DNA of 59,025 nt, the filler included, from Piptocephalis cylindrospora (Eukaryota), in assembly GCA_003614145.1 (NCBI GenBank). It is 4 parts of 4 records of this genome, joined end to end, with 100 filler letters (N's around TTAATTAATTAA, not from the genome) between each part and the next. Parts side by side here need not be neighbours in the genome. Positions count along the whole stretch, not along the records: positions 14,892 to 29,615 come from KZ987914.1; positions 29,716 to 44,322 come from KZ987915.1; 2 more parts are not named here. One strand, written 5' to 3'. Below are positions 24,719 to 36,787 of the stretch, piece by piece; the first letter of the stretch is position 1; each line of letters begins with the position of its first letter. Both the position numbers and the translations under genes were made by a program. The notes under the pieces were generated by a model. The model saw only the letters and a list, made by a program, of their open reading frames with translations, was not told the DNA's origin and ran no database searches.

Positions 24719-27226
24719 GAGAGCAAATGAGGTCGGAGAGGCCAGAGGAGAAAGGTGAAGTGGGGCGAGGTTAAGGACAGACTATGCTTGAAGGTAGGGA
24801 TGCACGCATAGAGTAGGTGAAATATCTGTCAAGATATGAACAAATGTAAGATAAGGCCAGGAAAGATGGCGCAGAGCTTGGAGAGGGAGAGGAGCAGGAA
24901 GGAAAGGGATGGGGGTAGGTTTTCCGGGAGCAAGGCAGATAGGTCGCGCTGTTGTAGTGATATTGGAGACAAACAGGTTGGATCCACCTTAAGACCTCAC
25001 TTCTCATTCAGCCTTTATCAGATCATCCATTCCCCCCTGTTTGGCCCGCTGACTATTTGTCTGGGTAAATTTGGGGATGGAATCGGAGAGTAGTCTGTAT
25101 TGTGTGGGAGAAGGGGAGGCACATGCAGGGGGAGAAGCTTCTATGCCTGGGTATGGGCGCACAAAAGACCCCTCGTAGTAGGAAATGAGTGAGATGGGGC
25201 CATCCTATGATGTAACGAGTCATTAGGCTAGAGTGACCATGGATGTTAATAATAATACTGGACGTGCCTACCATTCCCCACGATGAGAAGAGGGGGGTAA
25301 GACATGACGGCGCTGGTGTTGGTGCTGGTGTTGCATTCTGCCCTCAGCGGCCAACGACCTGGTGATGAGAGCAGCCAGAATGAATGGTCAGGTTCTTCAC
25401 CCTTTGACTTGAACACTAACGCCACCCGCTACCACCAAGTCTTATCAGATGAGGGTTGTGTGAATCTCCGTTGGCAGACGTCACCTCACCCCCCCCCCTC
25501 TTGCTGCAATGGCGGCGGAGGCTTCTCACGCTCGATTAGCGGGGGGGCGAATGAATAGATGATGGTGTCAAGCCCTTCTTCATGATGAGACGATTACAAA
25601 TAGGTGCTTGAGGATGACGGATTTTATACTCTTGCAGCTGGCTTGGTGTAGAGGGATGAGATGGGTGTTCTGCGAGATGGCAGATGCTATCATTTGAATC
25701 GGGCATAGGCAAAAGGATAAGGGCGTAGAAGAAAGAAAAAAAGACATCCCAGAATAACTCCTCTTATGTCTTATCATCTCCCTCGCCTTGTACCTTCACC
25801 CATTCTTTCTATCTATGTTCCCATGACCATGGTCTCTCTTCTCTCCTATGGGCTACTATCCTTGATCTCTCCTCTCTAATTTATATATTGCGTATGCTCT
25901 TATCATAGACACGCACATTTGCTGGGGGGGGAGTGCAGACATCTCAATCCACGACGGGGGAGGGGGAAAGGAAGAAAAGCAGAACTAAAGCCGCCTACAC
26001 ATAAACAGCCATCGTCTCTAACCTCACCGAGATGATCACGTTGCGCACTTTGAAGGGTGTATGCCTGAGTGCCACCATGGAAGTTGGCTGGGTCATGGAA
26101 GCAGGAAGTTTTAGAGAAGATGCTCGTGAATAACCTTTATAGCTCTAAACAGAAACGGAACCAATGCGAAAATGCCTTCAAAATTGCCCTTGAACATCGT
26201 CAAGCAGATATAGAACGATCAAATAATAAACCCCTATGAACATAGCATATTGTTCATCCAGCTCCGAGTCTACCCCAACAAACTTGCAGACGGAAATATC
26301 ATTGAAAGAAGAGGTCATGGAGATATCCAGGGTCCTCCAAGTATACCATTCCCCAATCCACTTCCATCTACGTAAAACCTAGCGTGAAAACGAATCATCT
26401 ACGAACGCAGCCGCTGTTATTGCAAGTAGTTCCAGAACAGATGATTTAAATAGATATAACACGGCTCTTAAACTCTCAACCTGATAAAATTGCTACATGA
26501 AGCCGATCTATAAAGAGTAAATTTTTTATTTAGTTAAAGTGTATGGCAAAAGTATGCTAATAACCATGATGGAACCATTAAATTTTTCCCTGGTGGGATA
26601 GGCTAAGGAATACAGCGCATAACCTGCCCCTGAGACTAGGATGTGTGGTACCGAGGGGGCAAATCCCTAACCTAGATCGTATCGTTATGCTTCTATGAGC
26701 ACTGCAGAAATCTCTGGGCCGCTCTGAAGGAGCATGGATGGTTTATCCGGCCACTACTCGCTGGAAAGGGCCCATAATAATCTGTCTTTTTCCAGTTACT
26801 CGCCAAGATGTGAAGGAATAATAAAGACAGCATCATTGAGGTTCCTGTGCTTGATTTAGCGCAACGGGGAAATTGAAAATCAAATCGTTACGGGGTTTGA
26901 ATCCGGAGCCACTTGATGTAGCTCTAGGACCTCATGTCACTGAACAGGTTTAGGCAGCCTCTCCAATTCAAGTATTATCGCTTTATAGGTCTATTTTTGC
27001 TACGAAGCATGTGTCCGCTTTTGAACGGCACAGTGGGATGGTGCCTTCTTTGGGATCCCCCCGAACAGAAGAAATAAATGATCCTTTCCAGTCAAGAAGA
27101 GCAAAGAGCGGAGGGTAGACACAAAAAAAGGTCACTTTATCTTCCTTTTCTTCTTCGTCATCGTCATTCAAGGCCACTACTTAAGCACCATCACCATCCA
27201 TCTCATCACACGAACCAAGCCCCTCT

Positions 27227-28066
27227 TTAGACAGGAAGGGCAAAGCGCCGACCTTGGAGGACTCGAGTAAAATAAACGTAGAAAAAGTCGCAGTATAAGG
27301 CGGTCTGGACCAGTCCAGCGCACCAAGCGATGACATCGACGTACCCTTCGGTGAAGTACCGGTAGATCCAGTTGACCAGATAGAGGGCACGGTACCCACC
27401 CAAGGCCGCTAGGTAGTGAGTAGTAATGGTTTCGGCCTCACCTGACTGCTGAAGAAGGTGGAGCTGGGGGAGAATGGCAACGGCCTCAAGGAAGACCGAG
27501 AATGACCAGAAGATCTACATGGTAGATGGGGAGGATAATGTGAGCATGCGTAGCATAGAATATGCTCCCTCTCTCCCGTCCCCTTTCTCCAGCTCACCTC
27601 AGTCACAGTGAACCGATCGTGGAAGATGATGGCAAGAAGAGCAGAGGGAGCTACAATAAATTCCCATCGAAAGGTGTCCAGGCTCTTGCTACGGGAGTCC
27701 TTCAAGGGGCCCAGCATAGCCCAGACAACTCCAGAGGCCGTGGCGATGAAGAAAACCTTCATAAAAGTGTTGTACACCGAAACGAAGTGCCAAAACACAT
27801 CCAAGTACCTAGCGATAAACACGGCTAGATACAACACCTGGGTCTTGAAGGAAATGCCTGCATGGGAGGTGGTGGGATGAGGTGAGATGACGATGGGAGA
27901 GACGCGTCTCCGTGGGAAGACGTGGTATTGGGTCCATGCTGGTCCTATCAGTCCGAATCAGTTAATTTCACTTACCTGAGCAAGAATTGGTGGCGTACAT
28001 CTTGATCAGAAGAATGACGATAGACGCCAGATGGAGCAAGTCTGCTACCAGTCGGAAGATGTTCAT
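27227..28066 (-). CDS. ERD2: ER lumen protein-retaining (HDEL/KDEL) receptor; spliced
   Basis: [77 protein letters not shown] stop. Confidence 0.96.
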
Positions 28067-29615
28067 CTTGGCCAGGCAAGGGAGGTTGTAGAGGATAACA
28101 GGAAAAGTACGGGGGGTGAAAGTCAAAGAAAGCCCGAGGATGGTACGGGAGAAGGAGCAAGCGTTGAGGAGGGAAGAAAGAAGATAAACGTTGAAGGTCC
28201 TCAGTTGACTTTGGAGGAAGACTTGTGTTGATGGGGATTGATGCGTACACTCTCTCTCTTCTTGGGATGTAAGGGAGCGGAGCGTGTGGGCGTAGCCAAG
28301 GGGCTTGGGAGGGGAGATACGAGGAGTGTGGGATGAGTGATTGGACTGGGATGGAGGGTAAGAGCTGAGCTGAACTGAGCTGGGCTGGGTTTTGGGTGAA
28401 GCGGAGAGACACACATTATGACTTCCCACAGCCTCTAGGACTTTCCATCTCCTCTTAATAATAATAGTGCCAGAATTGAGGACATGTTTCTCTCTTTCTA
28501 GAATGCTTGCTCATCTGGTCCCACCTTTCCTCTTCCTTGAAGGGAATTGTTGTTAAATGTACCACATCAAGGGATGCATTCTGGTGCAATAAACTCTGCA
28601 CGATGCTTCAGCGATTCAAAGTGGTCTCACTTGCATTTGGGGGATACCACACCATTTCCTCTGACCGGAGCTAGAATGTAGTTTCAGTCGGGACCGTAAT
28701 GAGGTTGACTTTGTCTCGCCTCGGTTTCATTCTGGTTGCATCATGACTCTTCACATACGCACACCTTCCTTCCAGCTAGGCCTTTCCTGACAGGGATGCC
28801 CCTGTCCTGGCCTTGCACGTGTAGGGTCACTCCGCTGGTCTCCATCCAAGCGCTGCGGAAATGGGGTGGTGAGGCCCCATGTACTGGGGCTTTCCAACCA
28901 ATCTCGAGAGTCCTTACATCAAGGACGGGAAGAGAGCACATCAGCAAGGGCTTGTAATTCTCAATCAATCGTCCTTTAGAGGCTCATTTACTCCTCCTTA
29001 GGCGGGAGAGGTGGACGTCCACTGGCCAGCATGAGGAGATCCACTAATCAAGATAGGTATTCTCCTTATCGTTTATACACACAATGAGAGAGATGGAAAG
29101 GCCTGGGATCTACATCATTCGGGAGATGAGGATGTCATTATGATGATCATGACCCAACTGGACCGAGGCCACTCTTTCATCTCCAACTTTCCTCCTTCTC
29201 TTGTCTCTTTCCCCAACAGCTTGGTGTCCCGCTACTCTTCCCCTCCTCTTCCAGAGTGACCTGTAACTCTTCCTCCCAATATTGCTTTCTCAGGGCAACT
29301 CTGCATTAGTGTGTTAATACTAATAAAGGTAGGTGCGCAAGACGCAGGAGGCTGAGCCCTTGCCTCTCCACGCCCTCGACCACCCCTACCTGTTGCTCCA
29401 TCTCTGTCTCAGGTGTCAATAGGAGGGGGGTCGACCCTGTATGCAGGGAAGGGAAGGTCGACAGCGTCAAGCTACAAGGGGAGAAGACCTGTCATTTTCC
29501 CCTGATAAACCTATAAACCTTCTTCCCTTATCCCATCCAGGCTAACTATCCTTCTTTTCCTCTTCACCGTAGTACTTACCCACCTATCTCACCCTCTCCA
29601 GCCCCATTACGAATG

Positions 29616-29715
29616 NNNNNNNNNNNNNNNNNNNNNNNNNNNNNNNNNNNNNNNNNNNNTTAATTAATTAANNNNNNNNNNNNNNNNNNNNNNNNNNNNN
29701 NNNNNNNNNNNNNNN
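29616..29715. other. Artificial contig spacer
   Basis: N44-TTAATTAATTAA-N44. Confidence 0.97.
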
Positions 29716-29977
29716 TGTAGTGGTGAAGGGGAAGATGGGGAGAGGGGAGAGAGATGACCGTCCGTCATCCCGGATCCCTTCCCCCTCTCCCCTCAGTGCC
29801 CAGCCTCGCGTCTTTTTCACCGCGTCCCGTTCTGACTCCCGCCCTATTCCTTTATTAACCTAGGCTTACTGCACCGCTTTCCCCTTCTGCCCGACTCTCC
29901 TCCCTTCTCTCTTCCCTTCTTGCCCTCAAAGCCCTGGTCTTTTCTTCTCTCCCTTGCCTATTTCTCTTTCAACCGCC

Positions 29978-31366
29978 ATGTCTGCACCAGCCAAGAAGCT
30001 CTGGGGAGGTCGGTTCTCTGGCGCTACTGACCCCCTGATGGAACGTTTCAACGAGTCCATCCACTTTGACCGTCGCATGCATCTCGCCGACATTCGTGGA
30101 TCCCAGACGTACGCCGGAGCTCTGGCCGCCAAGGGCATCATTACTGAGGATGAGAGGAAGTCCCTCCACGATGGCTTGGAGAAAGTCCTTGGGGAATGGG
30201 AAGCCGGAACCTTTGAGCTTCGTCAGGGTGACGAGGACATCCACACGGCCAACGAGAGGCGTCTGAGTGAATTGATTGGCTCGGTTGCCGGAAAACTTCA
30301 TACTGGTCGTAGCCGCAATGACCAAGTGGCCACGGATATGCGTTATTGGCTTCGGGAGGAGTGTGAACGTCTGGATAAATTTCTAACCGAGCTTCTTCGT
30401 GTCGTCGTCGACCGGTCTGAGGCCGAAGTGGACGTCCTGATGCCAGGGTACACGCATTTGCAGCGGGCTCAGCCCATCCGTTGGTCCCACCTCCTCCTCT
30501 CCCATGGATGGTCTCTCGAGGCCGATCTTCAAAGGCTTCGGTCCCTCGTCGGCCGCTTCAATCTCCTTCCTCTGGGATCGGGCGCCCTAGCCGGGAACCC
30601 CTTCCAAGTGGATCGTCAGGCCATGGCTAAGGAGCTCGGGTTTGCTGGTGTCATGCCCAACTCCCTGTACGGGGTATCTGATCGGGATTTCGTGGCTGAA
30701 TTCCTCTTCTGGGCCTCTCTGACCATGGTGCACATTTCCCGGCTCGCTGAGGACCTGATCACGTACAGCTCCGAAGAGTTTGGCTTTGTGCAGCTGGCCG
30801 ATGCTTACTCCACTGGGTCCTCTCTGATGCCCCAGAAGAAGAACCCCGATTCCTTGGAGCTGCTGCGTGGCAAGTCCGGTCGCGTCTTTGGCTCCATGTC
30901 CGGCTTTCTGATGTCCTACAAGGGCCTACCCAGCACGTACAACAAGGATCTCCAGGAGGATAAGGAGCCTATGTTTGATGCGGCTGACACTCTGGAGGGT
31001 TCTCTGCAGATTACGGCGTCGGTCCTGGCCACCCTTACCATCCGGCCCGAGAGGATGCGCGGAGCTCTGAGCACCAACATGCTCGCCACCGATCTGGCTG
31101 AGTACTTGGTTCGTAAGGGAGTTCCCTTCCGAGAGACCCATCATATCGCCGGAGCCGCCGTCAAGCTTTCCGAGGACCGTGGTGGTGTCCCCCTGTCGGA
31201 TCTGAGCCTTTCTGATCTCCAGGGTCTTCATTCCTCCTTTGCCTCGGATGTGACCAGTGTCTTTGACTACGAACGCAGTGTGGAAAACCGATCCTCCGAG
31301 GGTGGAACCAGCAAGGCCACTGTCCTTGCCCAGTGCAAGGCCATGCGTGCTGGTCTGAAGCAGTAG
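29978..31366 (+). CDS. ARG4: Argininosuccinate lyase, intronless
   Basis: KLWGGRF, DEDIHTANE, HTGRSRNDQV, PGYTHLQRAQP, GSSLMPQKKNPD, YNKDLQEDK signature motifs. Confidence 0.98.
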   Translation: MSAPAKKLWGGRFSGATDPLMERFNESIHFDRRMHLADIRGSQTYAGALAAKGIITEDERKSLHDGLEKVLGEWEAGTFELRQGDEDIHTANERRLSELIGSVAGKLHTGRSRNDQVATDMRYWLREECERLDKFLTELLRVVVDRSEAEVDVLMPGYTHLQRAQPIRWSHLLLSHGWSLEADLQRLRSLVGRFNLLPLGSGALAGNPFQVDRQAMAKELGFAGVMPNSLYGVSDRDFVAEFLFWASLTMVHISRLAEDLITYSSEEFGFVQLADAYSTGSSLMPQKKNPDSLELLRGKSGRVFGSMSGFLMSYKGLPSTYNKDLQEDKEPMFDAADTLEGSLQITASVLATLTIRPERMRGALSTNMLATDLAEYLVRKGVPFRETHHIAGAAVKLSEDRGGVPLSDLSLSDLQGLHSSFASDVTSVFDYERSVENRSSEGGTSKATVLAQCKAMRAGLKQ

Positions 31367-31826
31367 AGGATTGCTTACTTTTGAGAGCAGAGGGTCTGGA
31401 ATGAATGATTGAATAAGAAAGCTGCATGCTGATTGAAGAACGTGGCTTGTGTATGTAATTTCATAGCAGCTGATGTGATGAATAGATGAGGAAGGGAGTG
31501 GGGGAGGGTCAAGATGTTTAAGGCTCGTGCCTGCTCCCTTGACCCCTTTTTATATTGTAGGTAGGAGAGAGATGTGGTGCAAGCATTTCCTCCTAGCCCC
31601 TGTCCTGTTGACATTTGCAACACGATGGCGACGCGCCTGCTTTTTTCGTGTCATGAGTGGCCGGTGCGTTCTCTCAGACAATTGACAATTCGCAAAGTCG
31701 GTTCATACATGCTCGTGCATTGAGCCCCATGATACTTTATGGATCGTTCGTGTTCTTTGTTACTGGAAAAGAAGGGCTCGCGATGCAAATGTGTATTGTT
31801 ACGAAAAACATGCGTGCCCCACCCTA

Positions 31827-34194
31827 TCAATGATCCATACTGCCAGTAAAGCGCAAGGCCATCTCGACACGCTGTACCTTAATGTGCAGAGCATATGGGT
31901 CCTCCCCAACCATATCACCCACGAGGGAAAGCCAGGTCTGGTAATCGGGGTGCCAGACTTGTCGCTTCCTCGGGGAGGAAAGAACATAGGCCTTGCCTGG
32001 GCGAAGAGGCTGTGAGGGTGCCTTGTCCCCCTGGGTAGGGTCATCTTGGGAGACGGATGCCATTGAGGATGGGCAAGGCACTATGTCTTCTTCCTCCTCT
32101 TCCTTGCTCTTCTCATATCCAACTCGATGAAATCGAGGGGAGGCCGTTGCCGATCTCGGGATCATCTTGTCACGTGATGAAGGCAAGGGAATCTTTCTAA
32201 TGGTAGAGTAAAGGGCTTTTGCCGATGTCCTTCCCACTAATCAGGGGAGATGGGGTCAGATCACGCCGCCACATCCTTTCTCCTAATAAGGGCCCTTGAT
32301 GAGATGATACTTACCAACTTTTTTCTCCTCCGAGGCAAGAAGAAAAGCAGAATGATCCACTAACGAGAGAAAGACGGAGGGCTTAGTCAGAGCCAGTCGT
32401 TGGACGGAGCAATGGGTTAATGTCTTTGGTCCTGCCTCCTCCCTTTCCCGCTGAACTCCCCGTAGCCACTGCTGCAAAGGGAGAAGTTGGGCGTAGGGAG
32501 GCTCCTTTAAGGATCTAAGAAGAGGGGGAGAGAGGGAAGCGGATGATTGAGTGTTGGATGGCTATACTTGAAAGAGGGGGGCACTTCATGGTACAATCGA
32601 TATAGATTGCCCTTTCCTAATTCTTCGACCTCAATATTACCTTTCCCGGCCATCCAAACCGTAGATCCATTTGCCAAGGACAATGACAGCGGCAGCAATC
32701 TCCACTTCATCCAGGATACGCTCTTCTTGGTCAGCCCAATCTTGACGGTAAAGGCGGATTAATTCGTGAGCATACCGCGGGAATGGATCTGTTTATGTGA
32801 GGGAGGATAGTTCTATTGGGTAAGTGAACGTCCCAGGCATACACGATTCAACATCCATCCCCCTCCCAAGACCTACCAGGTAAAAGAGCCATACGGACAA
32901 GCCGAGTAGCTAGGGCTTGTTCATTTAATCGGGCCTGAACACGGATACTGAACCGATAATTAAGTCTTTCTCCGATGATCATAGCCACTTGACGTAACCT
33001 TGTGCAGGATGGGGTGGTCTATGCAGGTAAAAATGAGTCATTATCCTCCTACATCTTCCTCACCTTACCCTGGGTACGTACAGTGGGATGGAAGATGGGC
33101 AGTTGGTCCCATCGCATCCCCTCCATTAAACTGGAGGGTAGATAGGTGTAGGCATCCAGATAGGGCAAGGAGCCCTCGGTGGCCCACCTTAGGATATCAA
33201 CCGCCAGGACAGGGCATCGTAACCATCGACAGGCTAAGAGAAGGACCCCTAGGGTGGTCTGTAGCTGCAGGACCATTGGCTTCTCTCTCCATCTCTTCCT
33301 CTGATTAGCCTCATCGGTTTCTTTGGGCTCCTGCTCGTCCTTCTCCGTATCGGCTTCGTCCATCCAGGGGTCTTGAAAGAGAGGATGGTTGGTGGCAACT
33401 CTGCCCATGGCCACAACGCTCGGGTCATAGGATTCATTAGGCCCTAAGTAGGGACTGATCAGAGGATGTTTACCGGCATCTTCATCCGATCTTTCGTCCA
33501 TCTCATCACCATCGGATTCTTCCGAGGTTCTAGTGGTATCCTCCTCATCTTCGGATTGAGTTGCGGGTGACCCTTTAGTCCTCTCGCCCTCCAGATCATG
33601 GTCTTCTTGATGCATTTCATCTCCATCTTCATCCTCCTTCCATAGCTGATTCTCCATTAATAGTATTCTCTGTGCTTCTTCCTCCTCCGCTTTGATTTTA
33701 ATCGCATTGCTCTTGTTAACGCTATCTCCAGCCTCCGCTTCATCCTCGCCGCTAGCCTCGCCTAGCACGGTGGATGAAAGGCATAGTAACCAAATGTCCT
33801 TGGCCACTCCAAAAAGCTCCTCGGGAAACGAATGCTTTTGGACCAGAGCATGGCACTGAAGCTTTAGGATGTGCTGCATGCCCTGAACCACCCGTAACCT
33901 CACCTCTCCTGGACCAAGACCTATTGATATCTCCTGCTGATGAGTTCATCTGTTTTACGCCCGCAAATCACTTCCCTTAGTCTGCTTACGTGCTGCTTCA
34001 TCCTGCCGTGCCCGGGGAATACGCTTGAGTCGACGGGCAAAAGTAATCCGTCCCCCTGTCCCTAGCTCGTATGCCTCCAGCTCTTCGTCTCGGTAGTTCT
34101 CCATCAAATGCCCCGACTCACACACAAAGGCCCCTACGGCATCCCGATGATACCTTCTAGACCGACAGATTTTACAGGGTGGATGTTTTGCCAT
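31827..34194 (-). CDS. RRN7: RNA polymerase I core factor subunit Rrn7/TAF1B; spliced
   Basis: N-terminal Zn ribbon CKICRSRR..FVCESGH; QHILKLQCHALV..FPEELFGVAKDIW; LLACRWLRCPVLAVDILRWATEGSLPY; C-terminal HPDYQ..VQRVE. Confidence 0.85.
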
Positions 34195-34654
34195 GGGGCG
34201 GGGAAGGAATGTGGTATATGGAAAGGAGGGAGGAAAGAAGGAAGATGAGACTCGTGCATTATTATTATTATTATGATTGAGATGATGTGAATAACCCATC
34301 AGAGTATTTAGGGGCGTGCCGCTAATAGGCACACGCATACATAAAAAGAGGATGTAGAACTCATTATGGCCCCAGCGATAGCGCGCATAATTAATTAACT
34401 AGGGACACAGGACATGAGGGTACGCAACAAGAGTCAAAGGTGATCAGTGTGTTTTATTGAAAATAGGGAAGGAGAGCATGCGGGATAAGGAACCACATCT
34501 CTTTCAAAAATGAGAAGGGAAAGGGGAGGGACGATGGGGATAGGATAGTCCTATGACTCTCACCGATCCTCTCCCATTCCCCATCCCCCCAGAAGAGTGA
34601 GGCCCCGGATCACATACATACACTCAAATGCCCACTACACACAACTCAGCATAC

Positions 34655-36199
34655 TCAGACCTCGGCGAGAACCTCGGGCTCCTTAAAGTCACGACGGTCG
34701 ACCTTGGAACCGAGCTCATCAGCACCCTCACCACCGTGAAGCTCGAGGAGCTTCTGGACATCGTACTTGGGGGCCTTGATGATCTTGACCTTGCGGACAA
34801 AGACGTTCTGCAGGGGGTAGATACCGTGGCAAGACTTCTCGATGGAGCGGCCAATAACCTCGGGGATGAGCTTGAGGACGAGCTCCTTGAGGTCACAGGT
34901 GGAAGCCTCCTTCTGGATGATGTCGAACATCTTCTTGCGGATGGCGCGGACCTGGGCGTGCTGGGCGTAGGTGGTCTTCTTGATCTGGTTGGGCCGACGA
35001 CGGGTGAAGGCAATGACGAAGAGACGGACAACGTAGCCGTCGGTGGTCTTGACATCAGAGAAGGCCTCGATGAGGGTCTGCCACTTCTTGACGAGGGACC
35101 GAAGCTTGTCGGTGGTAAAGTCCATACCGTAGAAGTTGGTGAGGCAGTTACGGCCCTGGATCTCGTCAATGCGGAGCTTGATCTTGCGGAAAGAGAGGTC
35201 CTCGGACTTGTTAAGGTCACCAAGAGACACCTCGACAACACGGCCCTTGAGGGAGTCGTTGGCGTTCTTCATACCCTGGGTACGGTTGACAAGGGTCTTT
35301 CCGACGTTGCGGACCTCGAAGAGGGAGGGGGCCTTGATGTCATACCAGTCCTTACGGGTAAAGGGATCGACGCTGAAAGGGAAAGAAGAAGGAAAGGGTG
35401 AGTACAAAGTGGTTGGACAGAGGAGAAGAACGATGAAGCGAGATTCCCCGGCCAATTCGGACATTATGGTCTCCTTCCTGATCATTGTCCCAAAAAGAGG
35501 GAGCCGCTCAGTGAGGACTGGAGGAAGGTGGCTATGGATATAGAACGAGATCTGAAAAGGGATTGTCCTTCCAGAGCCCCCTTCCTCCATTAAGTCAATG
35601 ACCACATCGCCTACTTCAATGAGCGGAGGGGGTAGCCAAGCCGTATCCTACAATCCATAGTCTTTCCCTGAAGGGTCTAATGAGGACCCTCCTCCAGAGA
35701 ATAGAGTTGAGCCAGGATCAAGATAAAGCCCATCAGACTAGTCTTCATCCGTCAGCCTGTGCTTTACACGGTCTCCTTTGAGCCTAAGAACCAGCTTTCC
35801 TTCTGCGTCAAAGAGACTAGTAGTCTGATTCCCCACTGAGTAGTCCGACGGCCCCTTTCAGCTGGGATGATCCCAGAGTCATGCGCATGCCCATGTCACC
35901 ATCGACCTTCCTCCCGGGAGCTATCCACATTGTCATCTTCTCCCAACCATATCGAACATCGTAGATGGATGCATCGAATACTTACATCTTCTTCTTGAGA
36001 CCCTTCTTGCCCTTGGAGAGGCGCCTATTGAGAGGATGGATGGATGGATGGATGGATAAAAGATCAGTACGCGTTCCCCTGTCCCCATTCCTTTTCTTCT
36101 CGACCCATCCTCATCCCATTCCCATACCCTCTCGCCCATCCCGGATTCCATCCATCCATCCATCTAGAAAGCTACTTACTTGTTCTTGCCGACAGCCAT
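34655..36199 (-). CDS. RPS1: 40S ribosomal protein eS1 (S1/S3a); 3 exons
   Basis: Exon 1 MAVGKNK, exon 2 [12 protein letters not shown], exon 3 [31 protein letters not shown]; strong codon bias. Confidence 0.98.
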
Positions 36200-36787
36200 G
36201 ATGAATGGATGAAAGGATGAGGTCTGCTTATCCGAAGAGAGAGAGCACAAGGACTTGGCTCAGGCAAACAGTGGGTAAAGGAGGGATCCCAGGTCGTGAT
36301 GGTAAGTGGAGTGGGTGGTTCGGGGTGATTATGACCCTACAGTGTCTGTCCGTGTGTGTGTGCGTGGATCTGTCTGTGTGGGTGGGGGAGGGGTGGGAGG
36401 GTGTGTGCCACAACACAGCATGAGTGAAGCAGTGCATAGCCTGTGGGCGGATGTGTCCATATAGTGTGATCTTGCTCTCTAGTTCAACTTCCTCATCGTC
36501 CATGGACCCATACTATGTAATAGAGAGATATATCTCCCCACACAATTACATTCGATACACACTTGGGATAATGAATACCTCCCCCCGCTCACGAATCTAC
36601 TATGCTTCATAAATACCTTTAACATCTCATATAGTTCAAAAAGGCCCATGAATAAGTGCGGAAAAAAGAGTAGGGCCCATGACCATATTGTCCATGCTAC
36701 TCGCTTTTTTCTTTATCATGTCATTAACATTCACACTAAGGTCACGGATATAAAAAGCCATGCTGCATTTATATACTCATCCATGGC

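Noticed and set aside
26885..26950. tRNA-like B-box (GGATTCAAACCCC on the - strand)
   Set aside because: No acceptor, D or anticodon stems could be folded
29833..29838. TGACTC upstream of ARG4 as a Gcn4 site
   Set aside because: Plausible but only a 6-mer near a contig edge; cannot be told from chance
34628..35401. 257 aa antisense ORF and 205 aa alternate-frame ORF over RPS1
   Set aside because: Shadow ORFs expected from strong codon bias in a highly expressed gene
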